Source: Nageia nagi (taxonomy: Eukaryota > Plantae > Pinophyta). From it: a stretch of 64,000 nucleotides of DNA. Shown here piece after piece: positions 51,926-64,000 of the stretch (the first letter of the stretch is position 1; the number at the start of each line of letters is the position of its first letter). The stretch is taken from contig JBITNC010000001.1 of the NCBI GenBank assembly GCA_050084985.1, forward strand, positions 134,292,001-134,356,000, written 5' to 3'. Position numbers and translations under genes: made by a program. The notes under the pieces were generated by a model that worked only from the letters and a program-made list of their open reading frames with translations, did not search any database and was not told the origin of the DNA.

Positions 51926-52720
51926 ATGGCACCACCACAACTCTCCCTAAATATCATCCAATAGCACTTTACTAGATTGGGTTAAGTGTTTTGTTTTATT
52001 TTTTGGATATAGGCAAAACTAGGGTTTTTTTTAAATAGTGTACCAAACCCTATTAGAAGGTATTTTTTAAATAGAGTCCTAAAACTTTTATTACAAATTA
52101 TTAAGCAATTATTTTAGATACATCCTAACATATAACATGTGAAGAAGCTTGAAAGAAATTCCTACATAATTTTTGATATCATATTGTCAAGTGAATGTAA
52201 CTGGCTACATGTTTTAATACAATATTTATGAAAGCCTTATTTTTAATACTATGAAATCATGATATTATACTATTTTTCAAGAATCTTGTATAATTAAAGA
52301 GTGAAGAGCTAGAGAATATAACTACCTACATGATTTCTGACATCATATTGTCATTTGAATGCATCTACCTACATATTTTGATGCATTTTTTATGAAAGCC
52401 TTATGTTTAATACTATAGAATCATCGTATTATACTATTTTTTAGGAAACTTATATAATTATAGAATGAAGAGCTAGAGAAGGAGGTGCAATAATCATAAA
52501 TACGAAAGAAATACTTGAAGGAAATAGAAAATAGATAACAAACAAGAATAATAAATATTAGAGAAGGGATTTCAAGTAACCTAATACTTTGGTATGAAGA
52601 GAGAAGAGAAAATTTTAATTCTAATTTGCTCATTACTTTATCATTTTATGCAATCATTTCACTTGGATTCATCTTATTTTCTTGTGCCTATATTTATAGT
52701 GACCATTTGAGCCTAAATTC

Positions 52721-55700
52721 TTCAACAACCATAGGCTTGAAAGGCATTGTAGCTTGTCTCCTTTTTCCCACATATCGATTGCATTTGTCACACTCCCAGG
52801 CTATCTTGAATGAATCTTGAAACATAGTAGGTCAATAATAGCCTACTTGCAATATTTTTGTTGTAGCAGTAGGACCACAATAGTGTCCTCTAGAGAATCC
52901 ATAATGAAATTCATGTAAAATTCTCCAAGCTTCATCTTGAGTCACACATCTCAATAAGGTATAATCAAAATTCTTCCTATAAAGATAGTCATCTACCATC
53001 ATAAATTTCAATGCTTTTAATCTAAATCTCCTTATTTGAAACCTATCCAAAGATTTAAGACATTTACCCCTTCTAAAATAAAAAACAAATTGCTTTATCC
53101 AATCACTCTCTTGGTTGAGATGCTCCTCATCCTTGATTATAAAAATCATGTGTGCAACCTTTGCTATGTTTTCACATAGCACTATTCTTCTTATTAGCTT
53201 GGTTGGTTTAATTTCTAAATCATATTCAGTTATTCTTGGGATCCAACTAGCCTTTCCCTCACCCAATTCTTCTTGAATTACATAATTCCTTACATCTAAG
53301 TCAATGGTATATACAAGGACCTTGTTATGGGACACATAATGCTTAAAATTTTTAATTCCTTTCATTATAGAAAACACTTACTTTTCAACAAATGTGTACC
53401 TTCTTTGGTGTTGGTGTAGTGTTTGACTATCAAAGGCAATGGGATGTTCTTCCTCGTGGTCATCTTTCTATGCTAGGATGGAAGCAATGCATTTCTCTAG
53501 TCCATACTCATATATGATAAAATATTTTGGAAAATTAGGATTTTTCAAAATAACAGCTTCAATTATAGCCTTTTTAATATCATTAAAATCTTGTTTTGCT
53601 TCTCTAGAACAAGAAAAAAATAGCATCTTTCTTTAACATTATTGTGATTGGAGAAACATTATGAGAAAAATCACTAATAAATTTTCTTACAAAATTGATA
53701 CCAAGGAAATATTGCAGGGCTTTCTTGTTAGAGGGAAGAGGCAATGATTCAATACCTTTCACTCTATCTAGATCAATTGCCAATCTTTTTTATGAGATAG
53801 TATGACCAAGCAATTTTTTGTGGTTAACTATAAAAATAGACTTTTTGGGGTTGATAGAAATCTCAAATTCTATATATTTTTCAAAAACTTTCTTAAGGTG
53901 ATGTATGTGGTCTTTTTTAGTCTTAGAAAATATTGCAATATCATCCAAGTGGACCAAGATTATCTTATTTATTAAGTCACCAAAGGCATTTTCCATGGCT
54001 CTTTGAAAAGTAACCCTAGCATTGGAGAGACTAAAAGACATTCTTTGAAATGCAAATGTCCCCCACTTGGTACTGAATGCAATTTTGAACTGATCTTCAT
54101 CCTTTACACAAATTTGTTTGAATCCTAAATAGCCATAAGTCATAGAAAAATAGCATGGTCTAGCTACTATGTTTAGGATTTGCTCCATGGGAGGGAGAGG
54201 ATAATTGTCTTTGAGAGACACTTAGTTCAACTTTCTAAAATCTACACATAGTCTAATTTATCCACTTTTTTAATTACTTGGACTAAATTGGCTACCCAAG
54301 ATGAATTCTTCATAGGATAGATAATTTTAGCATCGAGGAGCTTAAGTAACTCCTACTTCATAGCCTCTTCTATTCTTGGGTTAAGAAGCCTCTATTTCTA
54401 TCTGTATGGCTTAACTTCTGGCTCTGGCTCAATGGTGTGCTAGATCACATTCTTATCATATGTCTTTAGATCATCATAAGTCAAGGCAATTACCCCAAAG
54501 AACTCATGGTAAATCTAAAATATCATACTTTTTCCTTCTTCAAAGCACTCTAATCTAACCTTTATACATTTTTTGAGTTCAACTTGCAGCTCAACACTAT
54601 TATTCTTTTGAATAGACAAAATTTTGGCTTTTTGAACATCTCTAGAATCAAATAACCACTCAAAAGAAAGAAAATATTTGGGTATGACATTATTTCTAAG
54701 TTGTATAACATCTAACTCTTGGAAGTAGTTAGGTAGTTCTTCAACACCAAAGGTGTGAGCTACTACTTCATCTATAAGGAAATTCATAATATTCTCATCG
54801 AAGTCAAATACCTATCAAAAATTTATAGTATTAGGTACAAATGGCCTACATAGGAATTTAACTCTGTAGCTTCCTCTTTTATGATAAGTAGGATTGTAAT
54901 GTGCTCCTTTACCTACAAGTGCATCAACAACTTGATTGTACCTTCTAGGAATAGAGATAAAATTTAATTACAAGAATGAATCTAATAAGTTCCATACCCT
55001 ATTCTTGTAAGTCTTTAGATAGTGATTTCTTATACTAATTTGGTCTTTGACTTACTTTATGACCAATTCAAAATCAACATGCACCACTAGGCATCTAATG
55101 CCCATGTTGATCATTTTAGATAACCCTAAATAGAGGGCTTCATATTTAGTAGCATTATTTGTGCAAATCCATGTGAATCTAAATGAGAACCTTCTCATGT
55201 TTCCTTCTAGTGATTTGAAAATAACACCCACACCATATCCATGTTTGCATTTGGCCCAATAAAAGTATATGATCCATATCTCATTCTATCTATCATCTGT
55301 GATTTACATTGGTTGCATATTCTCATATAAACAATAGTTACCCATTCCAATATCAATGACCTAGTAATTGAGATCATTAGCTAAAAGTATTTATGTGGTC
55401 AGTAGTGTCTCTCTGAGTGTATCCCTCTCAAATACTTCTACTAGTTTGGGGTCATTCAAACAATTTTGTTTTGTGCTCTATTTAAGATGAACACTTTTAG
55501 TTCCCTCATTTGGAATTTTAACCTACTTATTTTGGAAAGGGAGTAGATTTGTATAATCTAAGGCTAAGTATCCTCCCAACTTGGTAGTGAATTCTCTAGA
55601 TAAGCAAATCCCAAATAGGGGTGGAAGATCAATGATAATAATGTCTTGGATGAAACAAATATTAGAGAATGCATTCAGGGTTATGGAAACTCCTTTTACA

Positions 55701-57885
55701 CTACTAACTACATATACCTGGGAAGAATCTAGTTGTATGACTCCTTCTATACATCAAGTAATATATAATTTCATTTCATTTGTAATAAGTTTGGGAATAA
55801 TGGTAATGGTAGCTATAGTATCAATCATACAATTATTAACTACCCAACCTTCTAATCTAAGAGATAGATAAAAAGTGTAGGTCTTCTTATACCTATAGGA
55901 GTTAGAGGGACATCATTAGAAATTGTAAACATGACATTACACTTATTTACCCTCTTTTTACTATTTTTAAGCTTCAAAGCTTCTTGCAAGAGGTCAATCT
56001 AACCTGGAATCTTCAATGCATCAAACATTATCATTCTAGAAGGTGTTATCTTTAATTCTTCCATAATATTGTATGGAATATAAGGGGTGAACTTACTTAT
56101 TTTTAGCACCCTGATGTGTTCTAAATTACTAAGTGGCTTTCTTCTTATGATGTTTAGTAATGAAAAGATATCTTAGTAAAGGAGGCCTCTCTTTTTTCAA
56201 TATTTTATTTATGGTTGTAGTGAGGTTTCTTGTTGAAGAAGCAACATTACCTAGATCTTAAGAAACTTGACTAGGATGACTAGGAAGTTGATTTTCTTGA
56301 TTCTATGGTTGAAGCACAGGAGCCTTAGCTCTTTTTTGATTAGGTTGAGTTGGAATGGGTTATTGATTTTATTGAGTTACTTAGGCTTATTGTAGGGATA
56401 CTAAGGAGGAAGCTCTATTTTGAACATAGTTGGCTTATTCTTCAACATAGCTTGGAAGCCAAAAATTAAACATGGTAAGTTTTACAACATGATTTATGTA
56501 GGTTTTACCATTTTATCAAAATGTAAGCCCAAATGTGATGTTTATACATCACACATGAATCTAAAAAATGTGGAGTTGAACAAGGAGGACACCATTCTAT
56601 AATACACAGAGCATCACTTTCTACAAAACTAACCATTATTGCATTTTCTACAGCTTTAGGAGTAGGTGGTTGTTTTGGTTAATTATCTCTGAGCTAAAAT
56701 CTTAGCTAATACTGGTTTTCATATCTCCTATAATTAAAGCCTTGATTCTAGTTTTCTTATAAAGTGAACTTATTTATCAGGTTCCTAATAGTTATATCGA
56801 ACTACCTTATCCTATCTTCCTCTTATGAATTAGAACCAATATTTGTACTTGTAGATGTAAGAATTGGAAGTGTTGGTACTTGGTTCTAAGTGATAGATTT
56901 AAAAGGAGGAGGTGGCAAGGCTAATACTCTAGGATGAGGAATCTATAATGGAGCTTATTTTGGATATAGATTAGGAAATAAGGGCATGATGGATCTAGGC
57001 TATATCTTACCAAAAGATACCAAGGTATGCTTAGTGGTTTTAGCTATCTAATAAATATTTAGAAAAGTATCACTCGACATAACAATCAATACATTAAGGT
57101 CCAAGAGAAATGCTTCCCTATAATATAGCATGGCTTGCACATTTGTTGGCCTTATTCTTGTTGGAATAGACTTCCAAATTTTCTCAAGTCTTAAATTAAA
57201 ATCATCTACAAACTCATGGGGATATCTTTTGATATATGCTATGAGGCTCAAAAAGGTGCTATCATCACCATCTTGAGAAAATATCATGATAAGAGATTGA
57301 TATAAATCTCCTTGTGTATTCAACAACTTTTCCTTCCAAAGAATGTGAAAATAGTCTCATCATAATAGTTTCATCATTTATATCAAAGCTAGGATCCAAT
57401 AAAGATACATCTTGACAATGTTCATAAGGCATTTTACTTGACCCATTGTATTTAGGTAAAACTTTAAATGTTGCTTAGGGAATAGTCGAAGAATTAGTGG
57501 GAACTACTAAGGGATGACTATTATTCTAAGCAAAAAAATCTACAAGGGTAGGTTGAGCCATAATTGGATCACTTATTTGAGGTGAAGGTTTTTATTGGAT
57601 GGATTCAAATACAACTATTAATGGGATAACACTTAAAGGAATCTGAGGACACAAGGTCAAAAAAATCTTTTGCTTAATCCTCCTTTGAGGAATTGATAGC
57701 TCTTGAAATCTAGGTTATCTTGAAGAATTTTTGATAATACTTATAATAAATCTACATTTTAAAGGTTCAAAATATTGACTAGTTTTGATAGCAAAGTCAC
57801 TAATAAGGTTAAATAAACCCTATAATCTTGTAAACACAAGGTGATAGCTTACTAGATAGTTATCTAGCCTAATCGGGCTCACAAA
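52721..57885 (-). mobile_element. 3'-truncated Ty3/Gypsy Tat-clade element: gag-PR-aRH-RT-RH-(INT N-terminus)
   Basis: gag IKRYPHEFVDDFNLRLEKIWKSIP (57048-57326); PR NCMIDT..GVIQLD..LSREFTTKLGGYL (~55560-55890); extra RNase H CTNNATKYEAL..VDFELVIK..IPRRYNQVVDAL (~54915-55280); RT KDNYPLPPMEQIL..GFKQI..KWGTFAFQRMSFSL..HLDDI; RH; INT zinc finger HEFH..GH..CDKC; PBS-like ~57870-57885. Confidence 0.92.
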
Positions 57886-57886
57886 A

Positions 57887-59366
57887 TATGGATTTTTATT
57901 CATTTCCCATCAAGCATACCAAAAATGGACTATTCTATTGTTAATCAATATAATGTAACCTCAAGGGTTTGATATGGTTGTGTTCTCCATTTCCTACAAT
58001 AATAGAAACCTTGAAAGAGCAAAAAGTGGTGGGATAGTACACTCATGAGGGGTTTTTTGCTCAATATTTGAGTTATAGGATAGTTCCTATATATGTAAGA
58101 GGTCAAAAGTAATTGAAAAGAGATAAAAAGGAAAGAGTAATAGTAAAGAAATGGATAATCAAACTACAAAAAGAAAACTAAAACTAATTAGCCCAAGAAT
58201 TACCATGCAGGAAACAATCCATAGCCACAATTAAGAATAGAAGAACTATCTTATCATTGGGGCTTCATAATTGCAATACATAGCCACAATTTATAACTAA
58301 ACTTCATACATAATAATCACAAAGTAAGATAATAGCCCCAAAATGCAAAGAGAAAAATATCAAAGTATTATATTATCATGTATGAAAGTAGAGCTTACAT
58401 TGGGCAACTTTGCTAAAATATCGAACCTTATGGACTTTTAACAGTCCACTATTTATAAGAATATATATTTACAATAGGTGGTTGCCCACCATTACTACCC
58501 TTAATTTCCCTATTAACTATAAATAAAAATAAATAACTTTTTACAAATGTACAAATTCAATCTATAATTGTGCTAAATTTCACATTGACATTATAATTAC
58601 TGCCAAAGTTTAGGAATTTGTAGACTTTGAATTTCTTTACATTCTCAACCATAATCTCTTAGGTCTGTCTTTAACTATATCCTATCACAATTGTAGCTGA
58701 TTATTGAGGTACAATCTATCAACTTAATTGGTATGATTTATCCCTATGCTTTATCAGTAGCCATCTAACTTTTTATAATCATTTATGAAGATCATTGTAG
58801 CTCCAAGTTGCAAAAATTGTGAGGGTAATGAAAGATATAACATTGAAAACTAAGGAAGAACTACCAATGCCATGTGTAAATGAGTCAAATTTGACACATT
58901 GAAAAATCCTAGGGGTTAAACACTCTTTATTAAGTGGACCTGAGTGTTCTCCTTATCTCATACTTCTCTTTTTAGCAAAGTGGGTCTTGCTTACTCTAGT
59001 GGGGTCTATTGATTGACTAGGAATTATCTTATCTCCCATCAATTTTCAATAAAAGATGTGACATCATTGATCAAAATCAATGGGTTATACATAAAGATTC
59101 TATTAAAATATCTCCTGTTGCTTAGTCCTTTGGTAACACCTATTAATGGACTAACTCAATGCCCATTGCTTCTTGGTGTATGGCACGACTTTTGTTTTGG
59201 AAATCCATGGGCTTTAGAACATTAATTTTTGATTGATTCAACTAAAAAATAACTCATATTTACAATATTGCTCGAAAAAGAGTACCTGGGTTTATAGAAA
59301 TTGAATCTTACAAATTTGAAATCCTATAAGGCCTAGAATTGGACTTAGACACTTACTTCCCTTACA
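57887..59366 (-). repeat. Probable 5' LTR of the Tat element (distal end uncertain)
   Basis: Begins next to the PBS-like sequence; non-coding; no second copy in the window to fix the boundary. Confidence 0.4.
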
Positions 59367-62300
59367 TGTTGCATTACTTCCTAAATAGAACTTAGAAAAA
59401 ATAAAACTGTCTTTCAACCTCAGACCAATGTATAGTTACTTGTAAAGACTCAACTATTTTGTATGAAAAACATGTGGAACTTATTTACATAACAACACCT
59501 GGTAATAATACCTAGAAAAGACTTATCTAGCTTTAAAAGATTGACACTCATTATCATGGACTATGTACAATTCCCAAATCTGATCCAAATAACTAGACAA
59601 ACAATGCCCACCATAAACAAGATGGTGATTTCAACTAACATTTATAATATTAAGACCCAAAAATATAAACATGACCCAAACTTTCTTAGATTTAACAAAA
59701 CTTGACAAAAATAACTAAATATAATGACTATACACTCATTGTAGTACTTATAAAAGAATGAAAGGGGAGCAAGAAATGATAATTAAAAACATGAATGAAA
59801 GAAATAATAAAGGAATAGAATAATGTTACCCTCCTTATAGAGTGTAATTCTGAAAGAATAACAACAAGTAAGGTTCTTGTGCCACTATAACTTCAAACTA
59901 TTGACTTAATACATTGTAAATACTATAATACCTATTGCATGGTTTTGCATTTTTATTTGAATAAAGGCATAGCATAAATTCATTACATTATAACATAATT
60001 ATGTCATCTATCCATGGTAAAATGTTAAATGGCATGATTTGTAGAAGCATTTTCTACATATCACATTAAAAGATGGTTTCCATCTGACCAATGAAATATT
60101 AGTTTATTGTTTGCATTTTTCCCATAGCATTGGATTCCCATGTTCAATTTTATTGCACCAAAATAGAAAATAACACATAACTAACTAATTAATCTTGGTA
60201 TTTGGTGGGTAAATTTGGGTTTGTTAGCTTTTACCTAAGTGGATGGTCTCTCATATGTTAAAGTCAAAACCAAATCTTAAACTTAAACTAAAAATGTTGA
60301 ACAAGTTATTACTAAATAAAAGTTATTAGATCATTTGTTGTTAGGTTGCATATAGATTGTATTACTATTACAATTTATTATGTGTTGTCAAGATTAAGAT
60401 GTTGTAGATAGTTTATAGGGCTCTACTTATTGGGATTATTATCTCACCTCTATTGTTACATTCCTTAGAAGAACTTCTTTAGGTTGTTGAAAATTTGGAT
60501 GAAGTTTAGAGTGTTATGTTGGTAGTACAAGGGTTATGAAATATGCACTCAAAGGATATATATTTTGTTTAAAAATTTGAAATGGTTTTGGGTTAGTTTT
60601 TATAGATATGTAGGTTCTATTGGAACCTTATAAATGTTATTGGTATTCATTCTACATAGTATAGATAAGAGTATTCTTGTAATGTTCTTTGGAAACTACA
60701 TGGGTTCATATTTCTCAATCTTATACGAATCATATAGGAACTAGTTTTTGTGGTAATCTTACTATTAAAAGTTATGCTTCACTATTTAGTGTTATGATTA
60801 TTTGTACATTAAGTCTATAGATGGAAATGAAATCTAGGTTAGATATGTTTAAACTCACTATTGAATGCTATTGAGATTCAATTATACATATTAAATGGTC
60901 ATTATAGGCCTTATATGTGTGTATGAATTGAAATTTATTCCTAAGTTGTAATATGAACCTGATACATTTATTTGACAAATAATTTATTAATTTAACAAGG
61001 TAATTCCTTTAGTATTAATACTATGTTGACATTGTGACACTAAGTTGTTAATAATTAACCAGTTTCTGTTTACTATAAATTGGAATGAAGTCAAAGCATT
61101 AGTAGAATTGAGATTTTTTAGTTGGAAGGTTACTTAGGATATTTATTCACCTTATTATTTATACAAAAAATAGTAACTTGATAACAACATCATCTTTATC
61201 TATAGTTGTATTGTTGCACTTATCTATAGACATTTATCATGTTATTCGATATAGTTGTAAGTTAATTACTATCTAAATAGGCAAAGTGTACTAAGATAAT
61301 TAAGGCATGAATAGGTAAGGTTTACTAAGATAATTAAGGTTTAATAAGCATGGTATACTAATATTAAATTATAGATTCATAGAATGAATAAACAAGTAAA
61401 TATATATCTATGCTAGTCTCCTTGTCAGTGAATGATTATTAAACCTTAATCATTTGAATAGAGTACCATATGAGCCTATCACCAATGTAGTGGGATGTTA
61501 CTATAGCAAATAGTAATATGGGACAATATTTAGTAGGTCAATACCAAATTGAACAACAAATACAAAATCTATATATGGAATCCTATTAAGTGGATATAGT
61601 TAATTTTGTTAAGTGAATCGAACTATGAGCTATATAATAAATTGGCAAGAATTTTGAACCACTAGTGAATCATGATTTTGATAAGATTGATGAATGAAAT
61701 ATTCTCATTGGTGTAGCTCATTATGATTGCAACACTATTTCAAATAACAAAATGAGTTTATCTTTGGCATATTGTGAATTGTATTAGCGAACACATTTTA
61801 AAAAAAATGTGTGATTCAATTTGAATGGTTTAAGATATCTTGATAACTAGGTATTTGACATTAATGAAATTAAATAATGATATTTCTAGATGAAAGATAT
61901 AATGATTTGGTGATACCATTAGGTCTATCCTAATTTATTATATTATTTTAATATTTTAGTGTAATATTATCTGATTGTTATTTTTTATGAATGTAAAAAA
62001 ACTATTTTAATATTTGTATATGTATAGTTAAAAGCTTATTTTAATTATATCAAATTTAATATAATTTGTAATGATGACATTGATAAATTGTATAACATTT
62101 AACATAATCTATTTTGAATATTTTAGTTTTTAATGTTATTTGAAAAAAAAAACCAATTTCAAACTTATTTGAAGTAAAAAATATCAAATTTTTATCGTTA
62201 CAAGATTATATTTAATTGTATAATTTGATGATGAAATATTGTTTAGAAAAAAAATTAATTAAAAGAGTACATAATCAAATATCATCATTTTTTTGTTCTT

Positions 62301-64000
62301 GGATATTTATACATATGACTTCAACATACATGAAATGGAAAATGACAACACATTTATGGAATGAAATGGTGAATATAGCCATGCAAGAAATGGTTATGTT
62401 GATAATATAATTTTGAGTATTAAAAGTTAGTATCTAATCAACTCACCAATATTTTAATAGACGTAGGTGTTCATGAATGGAATGGGATCATAATATAATA
62501 ATAAAATGTAATGATTGAGATATTAAAATTAACTTTATCAAATAATCCATATTAGGTTTTTTCCACTTGAAATGATATAAAACAAAGTATTAATACATAC
62601 AAGATTACTATGAACTCATGAGTGTGTTATGAAGTTCATTTCCATCTCTAAAAAAATTTAAACTTAATGTCTCATGAGAATAAAATATATGAGCTAATTC
62701 AACCTTATGAAATACATATAGGTCCATAAGAAAAAATGGACATGTCACCACTTGTAAGGTATGCCTCACTACTAGACAGGCATCCATAGCCCCGATGAGG
62801 ATTAACCACTTGATCTCATTAAAACTTTACTCTATTTTTAGTCAAGCATCTATAACCCCGATAGAGAATACTATAATCATCCAGGTATCATGTAATACAT
62901 GAATTTCTTGATAATTTTTTCTCTTTTTCTCTTTTTACATCTTTTTTTTTGGATGAATATAAAACATTTTGACTAGAAATTATGCTCAAGTAACATCTTA
63001 TTTTTTACTATCTCAATATTATTTAAATATGAAGAAGTATATGAACTCATATTAACTTGAAGTGTATCAAATTCATGTTTGTTTATCGTCCTAAGTTTCA
63101 AAAACTTCATGAAAGATAATTTGACAAAGTTTGATAAGAATATTGAGTTCATAAACTATTTCTTTATACATGTATGTGGATATATATGCAAATGATATAT
63201 GAATGGGTGTATAGTTTTGTACATATATCTTGGTAAGTTTCTTGATTGTTATTTTGATGCTCAACTAAAATGGTGGAAACAAAATACATAGAGTGGAGTG
63301 TAATAAACATAGTGAGATGATATGGACATATATGCATTTAGTAAAAATTTATAATAGTTGTTTTAGAATCAGATTACATCATTTTATGAACTAGGCTATT
63401 TGTTTTACTTATATCCTGAGTTATCAAAATAATAGTCATTCAACTAAAACAATCTAGGGTAGCACACCTAATAACCAAGATGCTTCATAAATATAATTTT
63501 TTGAGTATATATACATAATTTTTATGATTTTTTAATAAAATTGTAAGACTTTTTTAAAGGTTTTTAATCTTTTTTATTGTTAGGGACTTTGATCTTTTTT
63601 TATTTTTTAAGATTTTTGATCTTTTTGATTTTTTAGGAGTTTTGATCAAGTTTTAATTTAATTTTTTTTAGTCTTCATCTAATTCTCCATAATCAAACCC
63701 ATGTTGTATGAAGGACTAAAATAACTAACCATGAGATATGGGATGGTAATAACATTGTGTATGGATGGAGTGATCAATTGATCAATGTGTTGGGTGATGG
63801 AAAAAAACATAGAATCCCAATATAAGATGTTTTGGGATATGATATGAGTGAAAGTGAGTATATCAAATGACTCATGGGGATGTGATGATGGAGATCCAAG
63901 AAATGTAATAAGATGACAAAGGAATGGGTTAACATATGCATTGATAGAAATCCTTCATATAAAATTTGGCCTAGAAATTAAACAAATGAGATTTTGAAGA

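Larger units (their letters stand above)
43790..52720. repeat. Degenerate tandem array of ~0.9-1.1-kb units with ~150-200-bp subrepeats, interrupted by an LTR element at 45994-51925
   Basis: Motif catattgtcaagtgaat..gaagagctagag at ~44230, 45130, 45340, 52180, 52340; unit tail 'caccaccataactct' at 44882 resumes at 51930 after the insertion. Confidence 0.88.

Noticed and set aside
59900-61900. Possible decayed coding sequence (e.g. RPA/OB-fold cargo)
   Set aside because: Manual translation gave no reliable motif
62200-62560. Possible Helitron Rep remnant (YNLMM..IFIHMTSTYMKW)
   Set aside because: Resemblance too weak to support without an HMM search

Overview
AT-rich, CpG/CHG-depleted plant nuclear DNA; the TE lineages suggest a gymnosperm (inference). 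No intact gene was found. All identifications come from manual translation and recalled family motifs, not database searches. Layout: (1) 324-23428 is a degenerate L1-type LINE (DUF4283 ORF1; EN-RT-zf-RNaseH ORF2; an extra ORF3). It is interrupted by a full-length Ty1/Copia element (4930-15771) with a triplicated leader+gag, and by a gag-protease-only Gypsy element (17752-22124). (2) 25.5-29.3 kb holds a plant-mobile-domain (PMD) pseudogene next to a PPT/LTR start, followed by a tRNA-type SINE with a 16-bp TSD and a 1.4-kb polypyrimidine tract. (3) 35.5-43.8 kb is a mosaic of broken host-gene fragments: TOL1-like VHS/GAT, TORNADO1, a divergent ubiquitin E1, and a PLS-E+ PPR. (4) 43.8-52.7 kb is a ~1-kb tandem array interrupted by a non-autonomous LTR element (45994-51925) whose only recognisable cargo is an intronless PDS5 (cohesin regulator) N-terminal domain; this is the most striking observation. 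(5) 52.7-57.9 kb is a 3'-truncated Tat-clade Gypsy element with PR-aRH-RT-RH-INT order. The last ~5 kb is largely uninterpretable.
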